DNA from: an uncultured Bacteroidales bacterium
Lineage (GTDB): Bacteria; Bacteroidota; Bacteroidia; Bacteroidales; UBA10428
Assembly: GCA_963781805.1 (NCBI GenBank)
Contig: CAWAHF010000004.1
Location: forward strand, 2,311,688-2,375,687
Direction: 5' to 3'
DNA: 64,000 bases
The notes below the pieces were generated by a model that was given only the letters and a program-made list of their open reading frames with translations, searched no databases and was not told the origin of the DNA. Of the stretch, positions 56,549 to 64,000 are shown piece after piece. The position numbers and the translations under genes are program-made. How positions within the stretch are numbered: the stretch's first letter is position 1; every line of letters starts with the position of its first letter.

Positions 56549-57145
56549 ATGGGAAATTTAAAATATCTGACCAACGGACTTCTCAAAGAGAATCCAAGCT
56601 TTGTGCTTGTGCTGGGAACATGTCCTGCCCTTGCTGTAACTACGGCTGCAATAAATGGTGTAGGCATGGGCGCTGCGACCACTTTTGTTCTTGTATGCTC
56701 AAATCTGTTGATATCCGTTTTAAAAAATTATATACCGGACAAAGTGCGTATTGCAGCTTTTATTGTGGTTATCGCTTCTTTTGTAACCATTGTGGATCTT
56801 GTTATGAAAGCCTACACACCTGACCTGTACAAAGCGCTGGGTATATTCATTCCTCTTATCGTTGTTAACTGTATTATATTAGGAAGAGCCGAAGCATTTG
56901 CCCAGAAAAACAAAATTTTCCCCTCTATTCTCGATGGTCTCGGAATGGGTTTAGGATTTACGCTGGCACTCACCTTGATGGGTTCTGTGCGTGAACTACT
57001 TGGAAATGGTTCTATATTCAATGTAAAACTTGTAAGCGAAAATGCTTCTACATTCTTATTATTCATTTTACCTCCGGGAGCATTTATTACCTATGGACTT
57101 TTGATTGCAATTATGAACCGTATCAGAGTGAAATTGAACAATTAA
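56549..57145 (+). CDS. rnfE: Rnf complex subunit E
   Basis: 198 aa, NqrD/RnfE-type membrane protein. Confidence 0.9.
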   Translation: MGNLKYLTNGLLKENPSFVLVLGTCPALAVTTAAINGVGMGAATTFVLVCSNLLISVLKNYIPDKVRIAAFIVVIASFVTIVDLVMKAYTPDLYKALGIFIPLIVVNCIILGRAEAFAQKNKIFPSILDGLGMGLGFTLALTLMGSVRELLGNGSIFNVKLVSENASTFLLFILPPGAFITYGLLIAIMNRIRVKLNN

Positions 57146-57155
57146 AATTATTTGT

Positions 57156-57731
57156 ATGGAAATTATATTATTAATTATTTCGGCAGTACTGGTCAACAAT
57201 GTAGTACTGGTTCAGTTTCTTGGAATCTGTCCGTTTCTCGGTGTGTCCGGTAAAATTGATACTGCCGTTGGAATGGGCCTGGCTGTGGTATTTGTAATGT
57301 CGCTCGCAAACCTTGCAACTTATCTTATTCAAAATCTTGTGCTTGTGCCGCTGCATATCGAATTTATGCAAACCATCACTTTTATTTTTGTAATTGCATT
57401 CCTTGTACAAATTGTGGAAATTATTCTAAAAAAATCAGTCCCCGCTCTTTATCATGCGCTGGGAATTTATCTCCCACTAATTACCACTAATTGTGCAGTG
57501 CTTGGTATTGCTATTCTTGCAGTGCAAAAACATTACGATCTCCTTATGAGTGTGATTTATGCAGCAAGTATCGCAGTTGGATTTACCCTCGCCTTGATTT
57601 TAATGGCAGGTATTCGTGAACAAATTAACCTTAATGATACTCCAAAAGGCATTCAGGGATTTTCGATTTCACTTATCACTGCCGGGTTACTCTCATTGGC
57701 TTTTATGGGATTTGCAGGGATAGTGAAATAG
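57156..57731 (+). CDS. rnfA: Rnf complex subunit A
   Basis: 191 aa, NqrE/RnfA-type membrane protein. Confidence 0.9.
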   Translation: MEIILLIISAVLVNNVVLVQFLGICPFLGVSGKIDTAVGMGLAVVFVMSLANLATYLIQNLVLVPLHIEFMQTITFIFVIAFLVQIVEIILKKSVPALYHALGIYLPLITTNCAVLGIAILAVQKHYDLLMSVIYAASIAVGFTLALILMAGIREQINLNDTPKGIQGFSISLITAGLLSLAFMGFAGIVK

Positions 57732-57934
57732 CTCAGATAAGATAAATATAAGGTTGAGAGACAGAAGCAGCTTTTCAGCAACAGAGAAAATTCAAAACTT
57801 TTAATCAGGTCATAAAATTAAAATCAGCAAAATTGACAATTCAAAACTTAAAAATATCAATCAATATTTTTGATGAAATATTGATTGGAATAACTTGTTT
57901 CGCCAGATTTTTTATATGAAAAAATTTGAATATC

Positions 57935-59443
57935 TTATTTATGCCCAAAAAAATTACGATATACAATTTTTAGATGATGCTTTATCATGTTTATAAAATT
58001 AAAAATACCAGTGTATTTGATAAATATCTGGGCATACTTTTCAAAACTTGGATTAACTGGAACGCAAAGGGTTTCTTTCCATAAATATTTTAAGATTCTG
58101 CGATGTAATAAGCAATCGTCTCTATTTCTGTATTTTCTTTTTGTAGATAAAAGAGTTATCATTAGTTGCCGGGAATTCAAAGGTAATATTTCTTCCTGTG
58201 CAATGTCTTTATTACTCGGATAATGAGTACCCCATATTGTCATTCGGTTTTCCCAATAATGCAAGTCAAGTATATTAATATTATATTTATTACATAAATC
58301 TTCTACTTCATTTATCCATTCGTTGCTTTTATATAAAGAATATTTAAAGTTTCCAATCCAAGTTAAATTAACCAAATCTAAACCTGTGATTTTTGATCTG
58401 TAGAAATCCCATGCATTCCTTCCTACCTCAGAGAAATTACCTGGTAAATTAATATAATCGGGGTATAATTTAAAATAGGTATTAATAAGAGGTAATCGGT
58501 TTTCATAAGGATAAAAAGTATTTTTAAGATAAATTTCTCTAAATTTCTCATCAATATCTTGATCCGCCGTTAATATATGAAATTTCAACCCTAAGGATTC
58601 CACTACTTTTTTGCCAATCCTAATATCAAGATGATTGGTTTTCATCTTGGGTAGTTTATATATATAATAAAACACATCTTGACTAATATTTCTGGATGCT
58701 GCGAGAAGAAATCGGGAATCCATTCCTGCCGTTATTGGGAGCATTAATTTTTTATATCTGTGATAAAGGGCTTTCATAAATCCTGTAACAAGATCTCCGG
58801 ATTTTTTAACCACCTCGTCGATTGGCATAATATTAATTCGTTCATTAGGCCAGAATCTAACTCTCTTTTTTAGATTAAAATCAAGATAATGATTGGGAGA
58901 CAACTGATATATTTCATCATATATTGTGTAATGATAAATTCCTGCAAATTCTTTTTTAATAAAATAATCTGATTCAAAATAGGCTAACTTATCCTTATCG
59001 GTGCTTTTGGCAATATTTAACAGGTTAGCTAATACATGTGGTTGTGAACCGCACCATATTTGGTCAGAAAATTCTGTATAATAAATTTTTCTTGCTGTTG
59101 CCGGATCATTAAATATCTGAATAATTTCACCCTCAACAAAAATAAAAACATAACGACCCGTATAAATATTAGTTTTTAAAAGTAATTCTTTGAAACTATA
59201 TGTAATTAAACTGTTAATTACATCGTTGTTAGTATATGTCGGATTATAGGGATCAAAAATATCTCCAAGCAGATATAATGAAATTTTATTTGAATTTCTA
59301 AATGAAAAATTCAAATCCTGATGATAATATAAATTATAAATGTTGTTTAATTGTACGTGATTGAAAAGACCTTCAATTTGCACAGAGGTCGGGGTTAAAT
59401 AAAATTGTCTGCGGTAAATTAATCTATTGTAGTCTTCAGCCAT
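57935..59443 (-). CDS. Uncharacterised enzyme, paralogue 1: asparagine-synthetase-like N-domain without Cys2, plus a variant PP-loop (TAGMDSR)
   Basis: 502 aa. GRYVFIFVEGEIIQIFNDPATARKIYY resembles the AsnB N-domain G.F....d.....l...RD..G..PLYY. LMLPITAGMDSRFLLAA resembles SGGxDS. The functional call is motif-level only. Confidence 0.5.
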   Translation of the reverse strand: MAEDYNRLIYRRQFYLTPTSVQIEGLFNHVQLNNIYNLYYHQDLNFSFRNSNKISLYLLGDIFDPYNPTYTNNDVINSLITYSFKELLLKTNIYTGRYVFIFVEGEIIQIFNDPATARKIYYTEFSDQIWCGSQPHVLANLLNIAKSTDKDKLAYFESDYFIKKEFAGIYHYTIYDEIYQLSPNHYLDFNLKKRVRFWPNERINIMPIDEVVKKSGDLVTGFMKALYHRYKKLMLPITAGMDSRFLLAASRNISQDVFYYIYKLPKMKTNHLDIRIGKKVVESLGLKFHILTADQDIDEKFREIYLKNTFYPYENRLPLINTYFKLYPDYINLPGNFSEVGRNAWDFYRSKITGLDLVNLTWIGNFKYSLYKSNEWINEVEDLCNKYNINILDLHYWENRMTIWGTHYPSNKDIAQEEILPLNSRQLMITLLSTKRKYRNRDDCLLHRRILKYLWKETLCVPVNPSFEKYAQIFIKYTGIFNFINMIKHHLKIVYRNFFGHK

Positions 59444-59672
59444 TCTAAATAAAACTAATTCAAACTAAATTAACGTTTGAGTATATTAATATGAGTTTAT
59501 TCAATTTATACTCCAATTATGAAAATTAAGTTATAATAAATTTCACTAATGGGTACTAAAAATTAATATTCGTTCTTTGAAACTCTTTGTTTATCGCACT
59601 TATTGTGTTTATTATATGCGTGACGATTTGAATTGAAAAGTTGGATTTTTGCTTTGAACTAAGCATTTATCC

Positions 59673-60052
59673 ATGAATCAAGGCAAATATATTTTCGCAC
59701 AGCTTACAGATTTTTTACCGCGTAGAACCTTTGACCGAATAGTGAAAAATCATGATGGAAATAAATACGTCAGAACCTTCACTTGTTGGAACCAGATGCT
59801 CTGTATGGTTTTTGGCCAGCTCACTTCAAGAGAAAGTATGCGTGATTTATGTTGAGTCTTGAAGCTCACCAACCTAAATACTATCACCTTGTATTTGGTC
59901 AAACCATAACACGAAGGAATCTTGGCAAAGCCAATGAAAAGCTCAGTAATAAAATCTCTGAAGAGTTTACTTATGTCCTTATTGAGGCAGCCCGAAAGAG
60001 CTGTTATAAAACCGATTTTGAAGTTGAGATTGACGACATTGTTTATGTGTAA
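59673..60052 (+). mobile_element. IS4-family (DUF4372 N-terminus) transposase remnant, frameshifted and 3'-truncated
   Basis: MNQGKYIFAQLTDFLPRRTFDRIVKNHDGNKYVRTFTCWNQMLCMVFGQLTSRESMRDL is the typical N-terminus. A frame change near 59845 continues SLEAHQPKYYHLVFGQ...RNLGKANEK. The ORF ends after ~125 aa, with no DDE domain. Confidence 0.8.
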
Positions 60053-60253
60053 ATCGTCCATTTTTGGATTTGCTTCAAGAATCACTATTTACGTATAAAG
60101 ACTTTTTCACCAAATCCTAGAAAGAAAAAAGGGTCAGTATTCCTGGTTTACTTGTGCTTTTCACTCGAACCGATAAAAGAATTTAAAATGTATTAGCTTT
60201 TTATTATCTAATTCTTATGAAATATACTTTTTCCTAAGTTTATTCTTTTCTTT

Positions 60254-61744
60254 TTAACGCCTCAAAACATTCAATTTATCCTTTATCATAAGAAAAAAAT
60301 GATACATCCCTGAATATTTGATAATTTTTATATAAAATTTTTTGAAACTTGGATTAACAGGAACATCAAGGGTTTCTTTCCATAAATTCTTAATTATTTT
60401 ACGATGCAAAAATCCAATATCTTTATCTCTGTATTTTCTTTTTGTAGATAATAAAATTGTCATCAATTGCCTTGAGTTGAAAGGCAAAAATTCTTCCTGA
60501 GCTATATCCTTATTGGATTGGTAATGTGTTCCCCAGATTGACATTCGATTCTCCCAATAATATAAGTCAAGAATGTGTACATTGAATTTATGGCAAATAT
60601 CACCCACCTCATTTATCCACTGATCACATTTATCTATAACAAATTGAAAATTCCCACCTTGTGACAATCGGATTAAAGTCTTTCCATCAATTTTGGATTT
60701 GTAAAAATCCCAAAAGTTTCTTGCTACTTCAGCAAAATTACCGGGTAAATTAACATAATCAGGATATTTCTTATAGTATATGTCGTAAATGAGAGGTAAT
60801 CTACACTCATAGGGATAAATAGTGTTTTTAAGGTAAATTTCTTTAAATTTTTCATCAATTTCTTCATGTGCAGTTAAAACATGAAATTTTAATCCCAGTG
60901 AATTAATTAATTTCTGACCGATAATTATATCAACATCCATATTTTCAGTTGATCCCATTCTATTAATATAATAGAAGACTTCCTGGCTGATTTCCTTAGT
61001 TGCAGCCAGCAATAATCTGGAGTCCATCCCTGCAGTTACAGGAAGCATTAATTTATTATATCTGCAATAAATTGCTTTTATGCAGCCTTTAATGTTTTCA
61101 CTAGCTGTATTAATCACTGTATCAACAGGTAATTTTTGTAGTTCGCATCTCGGCCAAAACCTTACCTTCTTTTTCTGATTAAAGTCCAAATAATGATTTG
61201 GAGGTAACTGAAATATTTCATCCCAAATGGTATGATCCAGAAACCCGGAATATTCATTCTTTAGAAAATGTTCAGAATTAAAATACAACAATTTCTTTTT
61301 ATCATTACTCTTAGATATATTTAATAGTTCAGCAATTACATGTGGTTGTGATCCGCACCATATTCCATATGCTGATACGGTATAAAAAACCTTTCTGGCA
61401 GTAGCTGCATCATTAAATATTAGCATATTATCTTTGTTAATATAAATGATTATATACCGGCCTGAATATTTATCACTTCGAACCAGCAAGTCATTAAAAT
61501 TCTCTTTTATAAGTATTTTGATTATATCCTCATTTGAATAAGAAGGATTATATGGATCAAATATATCTCCTAAAATACACAACGAATTTTTTTCGGATTC
61601 AAGAAAAGTAAAATTCAGATCAATATGATAATACAAGTTATACCGATCATTTAACCAAACATGATTGAAAATTCCTTCGATTGTTATTGATTTTGGAGTC
61701 AGATAAAACTGCCTTCGATAAACCAAATTCCTATAATCCTCCAT
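60254..61744 (-). CDS. Uncharacterised enzyme, paralogue 2 (AsnB-like N-domain plus variant PP-loop TAGMDSR)
   Basis: 496 aa, roughly 60 percent identical by eye to the 57935-59443 product across its full length. Confidence 0.5.
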   Translation of the reverse strand: MEDYRNLVYRRQFYLTPKSITIEGIFNHVWLNDRYNLYYHIDLNFTFLESEKNSLCILGDIFDPYNPSYSNEDIIKILIKENFNDLLVRSDKYSGRYIIIYINKDNMLIFNDAATARKVFYTVSAYGIWCGSQPHVIAELLNISKSNDKKKLLYFNSEHFLKNEYSGFLDHTIWDEIFQLPPNHYLDFNQKKKVRFWPRCELQKLPVDTVINTASENIKGCIKAIYCRYNKLMLPVTAGMDSRLLLAATKEISQEVFYYINRMGSTENMDVDIIIGQKLINSLGLKFHVLTAHEEIDEKFKEIYLKNTIYPYECRLPLIYDIYYKKYPDYVNLPGNFAEVARNFWDFYKSKIDGKTLIRLSQGGNFQFVIDKCDQWINEVGDICHKFNVHILDLYYWENRMSIWGTHYQSNKDIAQEEFLPFNSRQLMTILLSTKRKYRDKDIGFLHRKIIKNLWKETLDVPVNPSFKKFYIKIIKYSGMYHFFLMIKDKLNVLRR

Positions 61745-61862
61745 AATGTTTGAAAATTAAATTATGAGCAAATAAAATTTTATACAATCTTTTTATACTA
61801 GATTTTATCAGGCATTGGTATATTCTATATATTATCAGAAATATAAAAAAATAGAAGAAATA

Positions 61863-63323
61863 TTATTTTTCAGTAATATTTTTAAGTATATCGATAAGAA
61901 AATCCCAGAATTTTTTAACTGTATCAATTTTCACTCGCTCATCTGGTGAATGGGGTGAACGTATGGTAGGACCAAATGAGATCATATCGAGATTGGGATA
62001 AATACTGCCAATAATACCACATTCCAGACCAGCATGAATAGCCTTGACCTCAGGTATTTTCCCGTACTTTTTCTGATAAACTTCCTTCATAATTTTCAGA
62101 ATGTCGGAATCCGGATTTGGTTTCCAGCCGGGATAGCTGCCACTAAAGCTCACTTCTGCACCTGCCAGTTCAAATAATGCCTTGATACGTGATGATAAAT
62201 CCTCCTTTGCAGAATCAACACTACTTCTAAGAAGACAACTCACTGTGATTTCTTTTGCATTGGTTTTCACAATCGCAAGATTTGTGGAAGTTTCGACCAA
62301 TCCTTCAATATCGCTGCTCATTCTGATAACTCCATTTGGACAGGTATAAATTGCGCTTATCAACCTGTTTTGAGTATCTTCATCAATCAATGTCTCAGGG
62401 AGAGTTGTTTTTTCAAGATAAATTTCCATATTCGGTTCAGTGGTGCCATACTCCGACTTCAGAATAGAAACATGCCCGCTGATAAAATCTGTAAATTCTG
62501 TTTCACTTACTGCGGGTACCAACAAAATTGCAGAGGCTTCACGCGGAATGGCATTTCTTAAATCTCCCCCATTTAAAGATGCTAATCGGGATTTAAACTT
62601 AAATGTTGAACGCCAGAGCAACCGGGTAAGTACAAGATTTGAATTAGCCCTCTCCAGGTTAATATCCAATCCGGAATGTCCTCCTTTCAATCCTTTTACT
62701 ACTAATCTATATGGAATATAATTACCTTCCGGTTTAATAGATGAGTATTTAAAAACGATATTGGCATCTATTCCGCCTGCACAACCAATATAAAGTTCAC
62801 CTTCATCTTCCGAATCGGTATTAAGTAAAATATTTCCTTTAAGTACTCCGGGTTTTAATGCAAATGCTCCTGTCATACCTGTCTCTTCATCAATAGTAAA
62901 CAAGGCTTCAATGGGACCATGTGAAATATCTTTCGATTCAAGAACACTCATCATTGAGGCAACTCCAATTCCATTGTCTGCGCCCAGGGTTGTCTTATTA
63001 GCGCGAACCCATTCCCCATCAACAATTGTTTCAATTGCATCCTTTTCAAAATCATGTATTTTATCACTGTTTTTTTGAGGCACCATATCCAAATGTGCCT
63101 GAAGTATCACTCCTTGTTTATTTTGCATTCCCTGAGTTGCAGGTTTGCGTATTAAAATATTTCCCACTGCATCTTTTATCGTTTCTAATCCAAGATCTTT
63201 ACCAAATTGTTCCATAAACTGAATAACTTTTGTTTCCTTTTTTGATGGTCTTGGAATTTGAGTGAGCTTATGAAAGTTTTTCCAAACATTTTCAGGTGAA
63301 AGTTGTGTTACCGAAGTGCTCAT
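61863..63323 (-). CDS. pepD: Aminoacyl-histidine (Xaa-His) dipeptidase, M20 family
   Basis: 486 aa. N-terminal LSPENVWKNFHKLTQIPRPSKKE and M20 metal ligands (HLDMV, DNGIG, DEETGM). Confidence 0.9.
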   Translation of the reverse strand: MSTSVTQLSPENVWKNFHKLTQIPRPSKKETKVIQFMEQFGKDLGLETIKDAVGNILIRKPATQGMQNKQGVILQAHLDMVPQKNSDKIHDFEKDAIETIVDGEWVRANKTTLGADNGIGVASMMSVLESKDISHGPIEALFTIDEETGMTGAFALKPGVLKGNILLNTDSEDEGELYIGCAGGIDANIVFKYSSIKPEGNYIPYRLVVKGLKGGHSGLDINLERANSNLVLTRLLWRSTFKFKSRLASLNGGDLRNAIPREASAILLVPAVSETEFTDFISGHVSILKSEYGTTEPNMEIYLEKTTLPETLIDEDTQNRLISAIYTCPNGVIRMSSDIEGLVETSTNLAIVKTNAKEITVSCLLRSSVDSAKEDLSSRIKALFELAGAEVSFSGSYPGWKPNPDSDILKIMKEVYQKKYGKIPEVKAIHAGLECGIIGSIYPNLDMISFGPTIRSPHSPDERVKIDTVKKFWDFLIDILKNITEK

Positions 63324-63485
63324 TTTTTTGTAGTTTTGATTATAAATTCTGACTGATAATTGATGTTTAACATGTCATTAACAAGTAAATGTAACAAAAA
63401 ATAGTAACTTGCGTTCATAAATTATCCTCAATTTTATTGGATCAAAATATTAATCATAACTAGGTAAAAGCCTTTGTCATTGAGA

Positions 63486-64000
63486 ATGAAGAAGTATTAT
63501 CTGATATTGTTTTTTTTGTTTTTGGGCGGAGTTTACGCCCAGGAAGTAAAATGGTACACCATTGAACAAGCTGTTGAACTGAATAAAAAAGAGCCCAGGA
63601 AAATTGTTATTGATGTATATACCGATTGGTGTAAATGGTGTAAAGTAATGGATAACAATACCTACAGCAATAAAATAATTGCGGAATATCTGAATAAAAA
63701 ATATTATCCGGTAAAGCTCAATGCAGAACAAAAGGAGGATATAAAATTCGGAGACAAAACCTATAAATTTGTTGCCCAGGGAAGAGGTTATAATGAATTT
63801 GCCGCTGCATTGCTTAACGGAAATATGGGATATCCTTCGGTGGTTTTTCTCGATGAACAAATGAATGTAATTCAGCCATTTCAAGGTTATATCGAGGCTA
63901 AACAGTTTGATCAAATAGCTAAATTTATCGGTGACGATATATATAAAAACAAATCATGGGAGGATTTTCTCAAAACTTATAAATCACCCCTTACGGAATA
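63486..64000 (+). CDS. Secreted thioredoxin-fold protein (DUF255/thioredoxin_7-like), 3'-partial at the window edge
   Basis: ATG 63486 reads MKKYYLILFFLFLGGVYAQ (signal), then VIDVYTDWCKWCKVMD (CxxC). The frame stays open to the window end, so it is absent from the ORF track. The annotated minus ORF 63477-63914 is its shadow. Confidence 0.7.
   Translation, partial: MKKYYLILFFLFLGGVYAQEVKWYTIEQAVELNKKEPRKIVIDVYTDWCKWCKVMDNNTYSNKIIAEYLNKKYYPVKLNAEQKEDIKFGDKTYKFVAQGRGYNEFAAALLNGNMGYPSVVFLDEQMNVIQPFQGYIEAKQFDQIAKFIGDDIYKNKSWEDFLKTYKSPLTE

Noticed and set aside
63477-63914. 145-aa minus-strand ORF near the window end
   Set aside because: The + strand frame from ATG 63486 encodes a signal peptide plus a thioredoxin-fold WCKWC protein. 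The minus-strand ORF is its hydrophobic shadow.

Overview
The window looks like low-GC Bacteroidota chromosome, probably an anaerobe. Supporting signs are an rseC-rnfBCDGEA cluster, an ECF sigma/FecR/TonB-dependent receptor trio, exbB-exbD-tonB, tamB next to tsaD, and TAnnTTTG-type promoter boxes. All calls come from reading the sequence and ORF translations; no database was searched. Housekeeping genes (glyA, tsaD, mutS2, trxB, pepD, rnf) are interspersed with small accessory insertions.

Most unusual features:
1. A 1700-aa ORF (19426-24528) fuses a cation-chloride-cotransporter-like permease to a long helical region and a C-terminal P-loop NTPase plus winged-helix module. An MscS-like channel gene follows 12 nt downstream.
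2. A 604-bp cassette is present three times in tandem (8728-10381). It carries a DUF559/Vsr-like endonuclease gene between 28-bp inverted palindromic ends.
3. Two AT-rich paralogues (~500 aa) with an asparagine-synthetase-like N-terminus and a variant PP-loop (TAGMDS) flank a decayed IS4-type transposase (57935-61744).
4. A seven-gene thioredoxin-system operon contains an orphan GroES-like gene and faces a divergent Crp/Fnr regulator.
5. A shared ECF-like promoter motif lies upstream of the ECF sigma gene and of a Q/D-rich gene with LSxxQ repeats.
6. Early in-frame nonsense codons occur in two toxin genes (HepT-like, ParE/RelE-like) whose antitoxin genes are intact, and in one membrane-protein gene.

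Several dispersed, palindromic and MITE-like repeats are also listed. No rRNA, tRNA or CRISPR array was found.
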